A stretch of 64,000 bases of DNA, from assembly GCA_963666185.1 (NCBI GenBank), contig OY762634.1, forward strand, positions 1,716,235 through 1,780,234, in the 5' to 3' direction. Shown piece after piece: positions 15,715 through 23,987 of the stretch (positions are counted from its first letter, which is position 1; every line of letters starts with the position of its first letter). The DNA comes from Dehalococcoidia bacterium. Lineage in GTDB: Bacteria > Chloroflexota > Dehalococcoidia > Lucifugimonadales > UBA1123. Both the position numbers and the translations under genes were made by a program. Below the pieces are notes generated by a model. That model saw only the letters and a list, made by a program, of their open reading frames with translations, was not told where the DNA came from and did no database searches.

Positions 15715-18228
15715 TCAGTCAATCACCTTGACCGGCATCCGTATCGGACTTTCCACGCCCGCGCCCATGTTCGTCGAAGCTCCATCGCCGGAGGCCTCTT
15801 GATCCGAACCGCAGAACTGCAGCTCGGGGTCTAGCTCCGCGAAGTCGTTGTCCGAAATGTCCTGGAGACTTGTCGGGATGCAGCCCGTGAACTGGTTGCC
15901 GCTGAGGAAAAGCGTATCCAACTCTGGGGGGTTGCCCAGTTCCGCCGGTATCTCGCCTGTCAACTGGTTGTTGTTGATGTAGAGCCATTCCAGCTTCGCG
16001 AGGTTGCCCAGTTCCGGTGGTATGGGGCCGCTCAACTGGTTGTTCCTGATAGACATTCCCTCCAGGTTGGGGAGGTTGCCCAGTTCCGGCGGTATGGGGC
16101 CGCTCAACTGGTTGTTCCTGATAGACATCCACACCAGGTTGGGGAGGTTGCCCATTTCCGCGGGGATGGCGCCGGTCAGTTTGTTACTGTAGAGCGTCAA
16201 CCCTTCCAGTTGGTCCAGGTCGCCGATTTCCGCCGGTATCTCGCCGCTCAACTCGTTACTGGAAAGATAAAGCGCCACCAGTTGGTCCAGGTCGCCGATT
16301 TCCGCCGGTATGGAGCCGCTCAACTCGTTGTAGTAGAGCGCCAGCCGTTCCAGATTAGCCAGGTTGCCCAATTCGGGCGGTATCTCGCCGCTCAGCCTGT
16401 TCTCTGAGAGATACATCCATTCCAGTTTGGAGAGGTTGCCCAATTCGGACGGCATGGGGCCGCTCAACTCGTTATCGTAGAGCATCAGCACTCTCAGTTC
16501 TGTGAGGTTGCCAAATTCAGACGGTATGGGGCCGCTCAGCTTGTTTCTCGCAAGCCACAGGTTTTCCAGTTCTGTGAGATTGCCCAGTTCCGCCGGAATC
16601 TCGCCGGTAAAGGCGTTGTTGTCAAGGTCCAGCGTCTTCAGGTTGGTCAGCTCCGCCAGCCAGGCCGGAATCTCGCCGCTCAGGTCATTCGAGTAGAGCA
16701 GAAGACTCTCCAGATTGGTCAGGTTGGCGAGTTCGGGGGGAATCTCTCCGCTTAATTCGTTCCCAAACAGGCGCAGCGACGTCAGGCTGGAGAGGTTGCC
16801 CAGTTCGGTGGGGATATCGCCGCTCAGCGAGTTTCTGCGAAGGTCCAGATGGGTCAAACTGGCGAGATTGTCCAGTTCGGCGGGCAGCGGGCCCGTCAAA
16901 TCGTTGTCGGGCAACTCCAATCTTGTAACCCGTCCCGAGATGTTGGTGGTTATGCCGTGCCATTCGGAAATCGGCTCGTCGGTTAGCCAGTTGTCGCTTT
17001 TCTCCCAGTTCGGCCCGTCCGTGGAGTTGTACAGCGCGACCAGCGCGGCCCTGTCCGCCGCCGGCCCTTCGACCGCGACCCTATATACGACCTCATCCCT
17101 GGTCTCGCCCGTATTCAGCGTTATCAGGCTTTCAATGAACAGGTTGACGAACAGGCCGCTCAGCGTGTCGGACAGGTAGCCGCTCTCGTATGCGTCGCTG
17201 AGAATCGCGACCAAGATGCCGAACGGGTTTTCCGCTATCACTTCGTCCACGTCTATGGGCTCGGGCGTCGGGGTGGGCGTTGGAACGCTGGTGGCGGTGG
17301 CCGTGGGAGTGGGGGTTGGCTGCGCTACCTCGCCTGTGAAGTAGCCGGACGAGAATATGTACCCGTCATGCCGAATCGCCCACACATTTATCCTGGTGAA
17401 GCCCGCTTCGGGGCCTCTGGGGAACGCCATCTGGAACCAGTAGCCGTCCTCGGTCGCGTCTAACAGCGCCTGTCCGAAATTGAATCCTTCCGGATCGGTC
17501 AGGTCTGTGGCGTTCGCTCCCACAAGCAGGTTCGGAGGCAGCCCGTCAGCCAGCACCGTCTCGTCGGCCACGCTTACCAGCCTCAGATACCACTGATTGT
17601 CCAGGCTATCGCTACTGTTGTAGTGGGCGACCGTCGCGTCCAGACCGTCGCTGTCGTACTTATCTATCGCCTTCTGGACGTAGTTCTGAGTGTACGCCGC
17701 GGGTTCGCCGGGGACGGGATAGTAGCCCGACGCGAACACGTATCCGTCGTGCCGCTTGGCGTAGGCCACCTTCGGAACCTCGATGAGCGTCGCCGGGTGC
17801 GGCCACAGGTAATCTATCCGGCGACCTTCCTCCGTCGCGTTGGCGATTTCCTTGCCCAGTTCCTTTCCGGTCGAGTCAACCACGAGCTTGATGTCCGTGC
17901 CGATGAGGTGGGGCAACAGGGGATGGACGATGTATATGTCGTTCTCGTCTATCGCGAACAGATACCACTCGCCCTCATAACTATCCTTGCTGTTGTAGTA
18001 CGTCTTCATCGCCTCCAGACCGCGCTGGTCGTAAAGTTCTATCGCGCGGTCCACGTAGTCCACCGTGTAGTCCCACCAGTCCGTATATGTGGGGGTGGAA
18101 GTTGACGGGCCGGCCTGCCCATTCGGAGCCGCGAGGATAACTCTATCCGTACTCCCCGCCACCGCTATGACTACGACCAGCAACAGGCTGAAAGTAGTCG
18201 CTAACAGAAAACATTTCTTGAACGTCAT
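15715..18228 (-). CDS. Secreted protein: 2x Cache-like domains + PT linker + 15 plant-type leucine-rich repeats
   Basis: Start moved to the ATG at 18228 (GGAGG 7 nt upstream, 'MTFKKCFLLATTFSLLLVVVIAVAG' signal/anchor). Two segments 'Y.NS.DS..G.WYLF...IVHP...G.D...' ending 'HDGY.F.SGY' are sCache-like. The cap 'LVALYNSTDGPNWEKSDNWLTDEPISEWHGI' is followed by 15 x 24-aa 'L.L..N.LSGEIP.ELGNL.NL..' repeats. Confidence 0.75.
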   Translation of the reverse strand: MTFKKCFLLATTFSLLLVVVIAVAGSTDRVILAAPNGQAGPSTSTPTYTDWWDYTVDYVDRAIELYDQRGLEAMKTYYNSKDSYEGEWYLFAIDENDIYIVHPLLPHLIGTDIKLVVDSTGKELGKEIANATEEGRRIDYLWPHPATLIEVPKVAYAKRHDGYVFASGYYPVPGEPAAYTQNYVQKAIDKYDSDGLDATVAHYNSSDSLDNQWYLRLVSVADETVLADGLPPNLLVGANATDLTDPEGFNFGQALLDATEDGYWFQMAFPRGPEAGFTRINVWAIRHDGYIFSSGYFTGEVAQPTPTPTATATSVPTPTPTPEPIDVDEVIAENPFGILVAILSDAYESGYLSDTLSGLFVNLFIESLITLNTGETRDEVVYRVAVEGPAADRAALVALYNSTDGPNWEKSDNWLTDEPISEWHGITTNISGRVTRLELPDNDLTGPLPAELDNLASLTHLDLRRNSLSGDIPTELGNLSSLTSLRLFGNELSGEIPPELANLTNLESLLLYSNDLSGEIPAWLAELTNLKTLDLDNNAFTGEIPAELGNLTELENLWLARNKLSGPIPSEFGNLTELRVLMLYDNELSGPMPSELGNLSKLEWMYLSENRLSGEIPPELGNLANLERLALYYNELSGSIPAEIGDLDQLVALYLSSNELSGEIPAEIGDLDQLEGLTLYSNKLTGAIPAEMGNLPNLVWMSIRNNQLSGPIPPELGNLPNLEGMSIRNNQLSGPIPPELGNLAKLEWLYINNNQLTGEIPAELGNPPELDTLFLSGNQFTGCIPTSLQDISDNDFAELDPELQFCGSDQEASGDGASTNMGAGVESPIRMPVKVID
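15842..16922 (-). repeat. 72-nt periodic coding repeat array (15 LRR units)
   Basis: 15 consecutive 24-codon units. Units 12 and 13 ('MSIRNNQLSGPIPPELGNL...') are nearly identical at the DNA level (about 15998-16130). Confidence 0.7.
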
Positions 18229-18368
18229 GGAACATCCTCCATTGTGGGGAATCAAGGGTTATGAGCGAGTTAATCGCAGAGGATATGATATATCAAAGCG
18301 CGGCGTTGCCGCAATTGCCGATTTATGTCAATCCGCCCGTTCAACTCGAACCCGAAGGGCGACGGCGC

Positions 18369-19205
18369 TTACTCCTGAACTTCCGCCGGACGCCCGCGTC
18401 CGCGCCTGAATATCACCGCCGCCGCGAACATCAGCGTCGCTACCAGCGCCATAGCGGGGCCGGAGGGCAGGTCGGCGTGGTAGGACAGGTAAAGCCCGAT
18501 TATCGCCGAGACCACCCCGATTATCGCGCCCAGAAACATCACTCCGACAAAGCGGCGGGCTATCAGGTAGGCGGTCGCGGCGGGCGTAATCAGCATCGCC
18601 ATGACGAGCGCGATTCCGGCGGCCTGTATGCCTATCACGATGACCAGCGCCAGCAGCGTCAGCAGGATGTATTCGACCAGGCTCGTCCTGACGCCCGCGA
18701 CGGACGCGCCAACCGCGTCGTGGGTGGTGTAAACGAGTTGGCGGTGGAAGGTGTACAGACCGCCCACCACGAGTACGGTCAGACCAATCGAGATATAGAC
18801 GTCGGTTTGGGTGACGCCAAGCACCTGCCCAAGCAGAAGGTCCTCGATGTTGACGTTTATGCCGCTCGCTTTGGACAGCATGACCAGTCCCAGCGCGAAC
18901 ATTCCGGCGAACACTATGCCGATGGATGTGTCTTCGGTCAAACCCGTCCGGCGGCTCAGCGCGCCCATGATAAGCGCTATCACGATTCCGGCCGGCACCG
19001 CGGCGAAGAACGGGCTTATGCCCAGCATGAACGCGACGACCATGCCCGGGACGACCGAATGGGAAAGCGCGTCTCCCAGGAAGGCGTTCCCGCGAGTGAT
19101 TACGTAAGCGCCGAGAACCGGGCAGGTGATTCCGACAAGCGCCGACACTATCAGCGCGCGCCTCATGAAGTCGAACTGGAAAGGGTCTATCAGGTATTCG
19201 ACCAT
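18369..19205 (-). CDS. znuB: Metal (Zn/Mn) ABC transporter permease
   Basis: 278 aa. 'FMRRALIVSALVGITCPVLGAYVITRG.AFLGDALSH' is the ABC-3 family signature. Confidence 0.8.
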   Translation of the reverse strand: MVEYLIDPFQFDFMRRALIVSALVGITCPVLGAYVITRGNAFLGDALSHSVVPGMVVAFMLGISPFFAAVPAGIVIALIMGALSRRTGLTEDTSIGIVFAGMFALGLVMLSKASGINVNIEDLLLGQVLGVTQTDVYISIGLTVLVVGGLYTFHRQLVYTTHDAVGASVAGVRTSLVEYILLTLLALVIVIGIQAAGIALVMAMLITPAATAYLIARRFVGVMFLGAIIGVVSAIIGLYLSYHADLPSGPAMALVATLMFAAAVIFRRGRGRPAEVQE

Positions 19206-19218
19206 GCGACTCCCCTAA

Positions 19219-19962
19219 TCAACCGAGATGTTCTGAGGCGAGTTCCCGGACATGGGAACCGTACAGTTTTTCCAGAACGTCGGGGGTGAGCGTCTCGTCG
19301 GGCGGACCGTAGGCGCTCACGCCGCGGTTGACGCACAGCAACTTGTCGAAGCGTTCCGTCATATTCGTCAGGTCGTGAGTTGACACGAGCGCTATCCTGT
19401 CGGCGGCGACGCAAGCCTGGAGTATCTCGATTATCCCCTCCTGAGCGCCCACGTCAATGCCGCTGAACGCCTCGTCCAGCAGGATGACGCTCGCTTCCTG
19501 CGCCAGCGCGCGCGCTATCCCTACCCTCTGGCGCTGACCACCGGACATTTCAGTTACCAGCGACTCGCGATAATCCCACAGGCCAACCCTGTCGAGGGAT
19601 ATTCGCGCGAACTCCCTGTCCCGCTCGCCGGGCTGTCGGAACCATCCTATCTTCTGGTAGCGTCCCATCATAACCACGTCCAGCGCGGTGGCGGGAAAGT
19701 TCCAGTTTATATTGTCGCGCTGCGAGACATAGGCCACTCCGCCGGGCCGGGCCGCCGACCCCAACAACTCCATGTTGCCCCGGGTGACCGGCAATAGCCC
19801 GGCCACCGTCTCGAACAGCGTGCTTTTGCCCCCGCCGCTCGGCCCCAGCACGCCCAGCATCGTGTTCGGCTCCACCTCGAAGGATACGTCAGTCAGGACG
19901 GCTACCCCGCCCCGCTCGACCGTTACGTTCTCCAGCCTTATGCCCGGAGGTGAGTCGTTCAT
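19219..19962 (-). CDS. znuC: Metal ABC transporter ATP-binding protein
   Basis: 247 aa. Walker A 'GPSGGGKST', signature 'MSGGQRQRV', Walker B 'ILLDEAF'. Confidence 0.85.
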   Translation of the reverse strand: MNDSPPGIRLENVTVERGGVAVLTDVSFEVEPNTMLGVLGPSGGGKSTLFETVAGLLPVTRGNMELLGSAARPGGVAYVSQRDNINWNFPATALDVVMMGRYQKIGWFRQPGERDREFARISLDRVGLWDYRESLVTEMSGGQRQRVGIARALAQEASVILLDEAFSGIDVGAQEGIIEILQACVAADRIALVSTHDLTNMTERFDKLLCVNRGVSAYGPPDETLTPDVLEKLYGSHVRELASEHLG

Positions 19963-19987
19963 TTGCCCAATCCCGCCGTCTGATGGA

Positions 19988-21160
19988 TTACTCCAACGCC
20001 TCGACTATGAGCGACACGTTGGTCCGAATCATCTCGATGTAAGTCTCCGCGCCGTCGCCTTCCGCGCTGAGCGATTCGGAGTGCAGCTTGACGAGCGTCG
20101 CGCCGGCCTCCGACGCCACCGTGGCCGCCAGACGCTCGCTTATCGTCACCTCTCCGAACACGGCGGGGACGCCGTACCCTTCGACCTTGAGGCTCAACCG
20201 GGCTATGTCGTCCGCCGACGGCTCCGCCTCGGTCGCGGTGGACAGAATCACGCCCAGCACCTTGAATCCATAAGCGTCCGCGAAATAGCCCATGCTGTCG
20301 TGCGACGTCACCAGCAGCCTGCGCTCTTCGGGAATTCGCGCTACCCGATCCACAATCCATGAATGAAGTTCGTCTAGCTGGGCGCTGTACGATTCGGCGT
20401 TGCTCCGGTAGGTCTCCGCGCCGGGCGGGTCCAGTACGCTGAGCCGCGCGGATATGTCCCACACCGCCTTCTTCACCCGGAGCGGGTCGTGCCAGAAGTG
20501 GGGGTCAAGCGGGCCATGTTCGTGGTCGTGATCGGCGTCGTCATTCTCGTGGTCGTGATCATGGTCTGCGTCGCCATCTTCATTCTCGTGGTCGTGATCG
20601 GCGTCGTCATTCTCGTGGTCGTGATCATGGTCTGCGTCGCCATCTTCATGCTCATGATCCGCGTCGGCGTCCTCGTGGTCATGGTCGTCCGCGTGAGCGT
20701 CGTGGATTTCCACGAACTCTATGGGGTCAACCACATCGCCCAATTCGACGACCGTCGAAGGGTCGCGGGCCGCGTTCTTGACAAGCTCCTCAAGCCAGTG
20801 CGCTTCCAGTCTCAGCCCGATAGTCAGCGCCAGGTCGGCCTCGGCTATCTCAGCCACCGCGCGCGGGCCGGGCTGGAAGGTGTGCGGATCCGAACCTATG
20901 GGCATCAGGCTGGTCACCTCCACGCGGTCGCCGCCGATGTTCTCAACCCAGTCTCCGATGATATTGAGGCTGGTCACCACCTTCACCGGCTCTGCCGGTT
21001 CGGTATCCGGCTGAGCGGGTGTCGGGACGGTACGCGGCGTCTGAGTCGCCGCGCTCGACGGCGCGGGTTCGGGGGAATCGTCGGAGCAGGCGAACATGAA
21101 GAAAAGCAACCCAACCGCGATTACCTTCATACACAGAGATTTAGAGACGATAGGGATCAT
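19988..21160 (-). CDS. znuA: Metal ABC substrate-binding lipoprotein with long His/Asp/Glu-rich loop (ZnuA-like)
   Basis: 390 aa. Lipobox 'MFACSDDS', PT-rich linker, cluster-9 SBP core 'DPHFWHDP' and 'SHDSMGYFA', and a roughly 65-aa loop 'HDAHADDHDHEDADADHEHEDGDADHDHDHENDD...'. The start may be the internal 'MKVIAV' (21130). Confidence 0.8.
   Translation of the reverse strand: MIPIVSKSLCMKVIAVGLLFFMFACSDDSPEPAPSSAATQTPRTVPTPAQPDTEPAEPVKVVTSLNIIGDWVENIGGDRVEVTSLMPIGSDPHTFQPGPRAVAEIAEADLALTIGLRLEAHWLEELVKNAARDPSTVVELGDVVDPIEFVEIHDAHADDHDHEDADADHEHEDGDADHDHDHENDDADHDHENEDGDADHDHDHENDDADHDHEHGPLDPHFWHDPLRVKKAVWDISARLSVLDPPGAETYRSNAESYSAQLDELHSWIVDRVARIPEERRLLVTSHDSMGYFADAYGFKVLGVILSTATEAEPSADDIARLSLKVEGYGVPAVFGEVTISERLAATVASEAGATLVKLHSESLSAEGDGAETYIEMIRTNVSLIVEALE
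20521..20648 (-). repeat. Perfect 62-nt core tandem duplication (66-nt period) inside the znuA His-rich loop
   Basis: 20521-20582 and 20587-20648 are identical. Each encodes 'DGDADHDHDHENDDADHDHENE'. Confidence 0.8.
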
Positions 21161-21340
21161 ATATCTGCGCCATTTCCCTTGCGCTTGTTCCAGCGCAGGT
21201 TATCATAGCACAGGCACGAATATGTCCATAGTTATATTGCGCGCCCTTGAGGATAATGGTCTTGTTCCATGTGGAGACATGGATCATCGCGAGGCTGTCG
21301 GAGCGGACGCAATGAGCGTGGCCATGACGAGCGCGTTCTG

Positions 21341-21508
21341 TCAGGCTTGGCGCGCCTGCTGAAGCAAGTGACCGACATGGTGGTCTTCAGCGCATCCTTC
21401 GACCGACTGCTCCGCCTGGATGGTGACGTGAGCTATAAGGCTGCTGCCGCTCGCGTCCCTGAAGTCGTGAGCGTGTCCTCTGTGGTCGTCGTGGCTGCGC
21501 TGAGTCAT
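21341..21508 (-). CDS. Candidate small His-rich ORF (55 aa)
   Basis: Hand translation: 'MTQRSHDDHRGHAHDFRDASGSSLIAHVTIQAEQSVEGCAEDHHVGHLLQQARQA*'. GGGAGA lies 2 nt upstream of the ATG. Located between the His-rich peptide gene and znuA. Below the ORF-track length cut-off. Confidence 0.25.
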   Translation of the reverse strand: MTQRSHDDHRGHAHDFRDASGSSLIAHVTIQAEQSVEGCAEDHHVGHLLQQARQA

Positions 21509-21590
21509 AGTCTCCCAAGACAGCTAATGGGGTTGGAGATTGGATTCGCCCCGTCAGTGATGGCGCTGACGGGGATGTTCGTCTCTAGCG

Positions 21591-21788
21591 CTAGGCTGCG
21601 TGGTGTTCGTGCTCGTCGCACTCGTGGATGTCGTGGACGTGGGCATGATGTTCATGCTCGTCGCACTCGTGGACGTCGTGGACGTGACCATGCTCGTCGG
21701 CGTGGTGTTCGTGTTCGTCGCACTCGTGGGTGTCGTGTTCGTGAGCGTGGTGTTCGTGTTCGTCGCATTCGTGGATGTCGCGCGGCAT
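21591..21788 (-). CDS. His/Glu/Asp/Cys-rich repeat peptide (putative metal-binding protein)
   Basis: 65 aa with 23 His and 4 Cys. Four copies of 'HECDEHEHHA'. Strong RBS GGAGGTG 4-5 nt upstream of the ATG. Same strand as, and upstream of, the znu operon. Confidence 0.5.
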   Translation of the reverse strand: MPRDIHECDEHEHHAHEHDTHECDEHEHHADEHGHVHDVHECDEHEHHAHVHDIHECDEHEHHAA

Positions 21789-21880
21789 AAATCACCTCCA
21801 GATTATCTGACCGCAGGTTCCTGAACGGATACTCGATAGACCTGTATTATCTCACATATTGAGTCATTTCACAATGTTTT

Positions 21881-21977
21881 ACACTACTGATAATATATAT
21901 CAAATTGGAAAAACACTACTATCGTATGCCAACGCGCTACTGAGAATGTATATCACCCTGATGAAAAACGCTACTAC
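21881..21977. promoter_or_regulatory. Four direct repeats (A)AAC(A/G)CTACT in an AT-rich divergent intergenic region
   Basis: 'acactactga' 21881, 'aaaaacactacta' 21909, 'gcgctactga' 21934, 'aaaaacgctacta' 21964. Lies between the divergent genes starting at 21788(-) and 22096(+). Confidence 0.3.
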
Positions 21978-22095
21978 CGCAGCCATGTCAGCGCTTCGAT
22001 AGAAGACTTCTTTCCTGGAATCACGAGCTCCGCGCTTTTGCAATTGTTCCTTGTGGTATCCTATTATCCGCTCAGAATGGCGTAGGGGGATATTC

Positions 22096-22740
22096 ATGAC
22101 GACCATTATCGAAAACTCGGAGGACTTTCTCCGCGCGATGCGTGAAAACGACGAATTTCGCCTGGCGGCGAGGCGAGAGTTGCTGAGCGAAGAACTTCTG
22201 GCGCTGCCCCAGCGCTTCGCGGAGTACTCGCAAACCACGGACAGGAAACTGGACAGGCTGAGCGACAACATAGGCGAGGTGAAGGGGCCGTTCATGGAGA
22301 GAGCGGCCCGCGAAGACGCGCCTATCATCGCCAGCGAAATGGGGCTGGTCTGGAAGAAGTCCCTGGAACGGAATGAAGTGGTCGAAATCGCCGATGAAGC
22401 GAACCGAAAAAGTCTGGCGTCCGGTGTCTCGCGTGATAATATGCGAACGTTCCGACGCGCCGACCTGGTGATCGAAGCGGTGGATGATGGCGGGCGTATC
22501 TGCTACATCGCGGTGGAAATCTCCTATACGGCGGATAGCCGGGACACCATCAGGGCAATACGCCACGCCGAGTTCCTCACTCGGTTCACCGGAATTCCCG
22601 CCTACGCGGCCATCTCAAGCGTTCATATAGATAACAGGATCAAGGACATCCTCACGGAGGACAGTCCAACGCCGCTCGACGTCAATCAGGAAACAAAGGT
22701 GTTCTGGTCGAGATTGCCGGAGTTGGAGCCGCCTGAGTAG
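22096..22740 (+). CDS. Hypothetical protein with coiled-coil N-terminus and PD-(D/E)xK-like C-terminal domain
   Basis: Start moved to the ATG at 22096 (AGGGGGA upstream). 'RADLVIEAVDDGGRICYIAVEISYTADSRDTIRAIRHAEFL' has the D...E.S/K spacing of restriction-endonuclease-fold proteins. Confidence 0.45.
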   Translation: MTTIIENSEDFLRAMRENDEFRLAARRELLSEELLALPQRFAEYSQTTDRKLDRLSDNIGEVKGPFMERAAREDAPIIASEMGLVWKKSLERNEVVEIADEANRKSLASGVSRDNMRTFRRADLVIEAVDDGGRICYIAVEISYTADSRDTIRAIRHAEFLTRFTGIPAYAAISSVHIDNRIKDILTEDSPTPLDVNQETKVFWSRLPELEPPE

Positions 22741-22763
22741 CGACAGGATAGAGGTAGTTTTCA

Positions 22764-23987
22764 TTGACTCAATACGCGCTGTCCGACATAAAGATTCTGG
22801 ACTTCACCCACCACATCGCCGGGCCGTACTGCGCCAAGCTGCTGGCCGACTACGGCGCGGACGTCATAAAGGTCGAACGCCCCGGAACGGGCGACGTCGC
22901 CCGCCGCGTTGGACCCTTCCCGAACGATACCCCGCACCCTGAGAAGAGCGGAACGTTCCTGCATCTCAACACCAACAAACGCTCCATAACCCTCGACCTC
23001 AAGACGGACGAAGGCCGACGCATAGCGCTCGACCTCGCCGCCCGCGCCGACGCCGTTATCGAGAGCTTCCACCCCGGAGTCATGGACGGCTTCGGACTCG
23101 GCTGCGACGCGCTCTCAGAGGCCAATCCCGCGCTGGTTATGACTTCCATATCCAACTTCGGACAGACCGGCCCCTACCGCGACTGGCGCGGCTCGGAGAT
23201 CATCTTCTACGGCATGGGCGGCGAACTCTACTCCACGGGCGTCAGCGAGAAGGAGCCGCTCAAGCTGGGCGGAACGGTTGGCCTATACCAGTCCGGAACC
23301 GCCGCCGCCTACGCCACGCTCGGCGCTATATTCGCTTCCCGAGACAACGGCGCAGGCCAGCAGGTTGACGTATCCATAATGGAGACGCAGGCGGGATCCA
23401 TAGACCGGCGCATGAGTATGCTGCTCGCCTACCAGTACAACGGCGAGATAACCGAGCGTACCCCTCTCGGAGCGGCGTCCGGTTCGGGCGGCTATCCGGC
23501 CGGCGTCTATCCCTGCGCGGACGGCTTCTTCCAGTTCACCGGAGGCGGCAACTACTTCACTCGTGTCCTGGATATGCTGGATTACCCGGAAGAACTGGTG
23601 GGCGACGAGTGGACCACCCCCGAAGCGCAAGCCGACGAGGATATGCAGGGCCTGTTCGACGCCGTGTTCTACCCCTGGCTAATGGAGCGGAACAAGGCCG
23701 CGATATGGGAGCGCGCTCAGCAATCCCGCGTCCTCAGCGGACCGCTGAACACGATGGAAGACCTTCACAACGACCCCATCTTCCACGAGCGTGGCGCGTT
23801 CGCCGAGGCCGAACATCCCGAAGCCGGAACGCTCAGATACCCGGGCAGGCCGTTTATCATGGGCGCGACGCCCTGGGCCATAAGGCGGCCCGCGCCGCTG
23901 CTCGGCCAGCACACCGACGAAATACTCGCCGAACTGGGCCTTTCGGACTCCCAGATCGGCTCGCTGAGAGAGGGAGGAATAGTGTGA
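22764..23987 (+). CDS. Family III CoA-transferase (CaiB/BaiF)
   Basis: 407 aa. 'LSDIKILDFTHHIAGPYCAKLLADYGADVIKVERP' is the canonical CaiB/BaiF N-terminus. Confidence 0.85.
   Translation: MTQYALSDIKILDFTHHIAGPYCAKLLADYGADVIKVERPGTGDVARRVGPFPNDTPHPEKSGTFLHLNTNKRSITLDLKTDEGRRIALDLAARADAVIESFHPGVMDGFGLGCDALSEANPALVMTSISNFGQTGPYRDWRGSEIIFYGMGGELYSTGVSEKEPLKLGGTVGLYQSGTAAAYATLGAIFASRDNGAGQQVDVSIMETQAGSIDRRMSMLLAYQYNGEITERTPLGAASGSGGYPAGVYPCADGFFQFTGGGNYFTRVLDMLDYPEELVGDEWTTPEAQADEDMQGLFDAVFYPWLMERNKAAIWERAQQSRVLSGPLNTMEDLHNDPIFHERGAFAEAEHPEAGTLRYPGRPFIMGATPWAIRRPAPLLGQHTDEILAELGLSDSQIGSLREGGIV

Noticed and set aside
21161-21340. Zur/Fur-type palindromic operator upstream of znuA
   Set aside because: Only weak AT-rich partial palindromes are present (e.g. 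'aatatgtccatagttatatt'). I could not support a box without a lineage-specific model.
21269-21790. 173-aa plus-strand ORF overlapping the His-rich peptide gene
   Set aside because: The translation is an Arg/Gly repeat ('RRTRGCRGRG...') generated by the complement of the His codons. It has no RBS. The minus-strand ORF has a strong GGAGGTG RBS and operon context.
21900-22328. 142-aa minus-strand ORF
   Set aside because: It overlaps the better-supported plus-strand gene (22096-22740) and the AT-rich intergenic region. It has no motifs and no RBS.
23609-23983. 5' extension of the second CoA-transferase ORF (the track gives 558 aa)
   Set aside because: The extension overlaps the 3' end of the first CoA-transferase in another frame and is Arg-rich. 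The conserved CaiB N-terminus begins right after the GTG at 23984.
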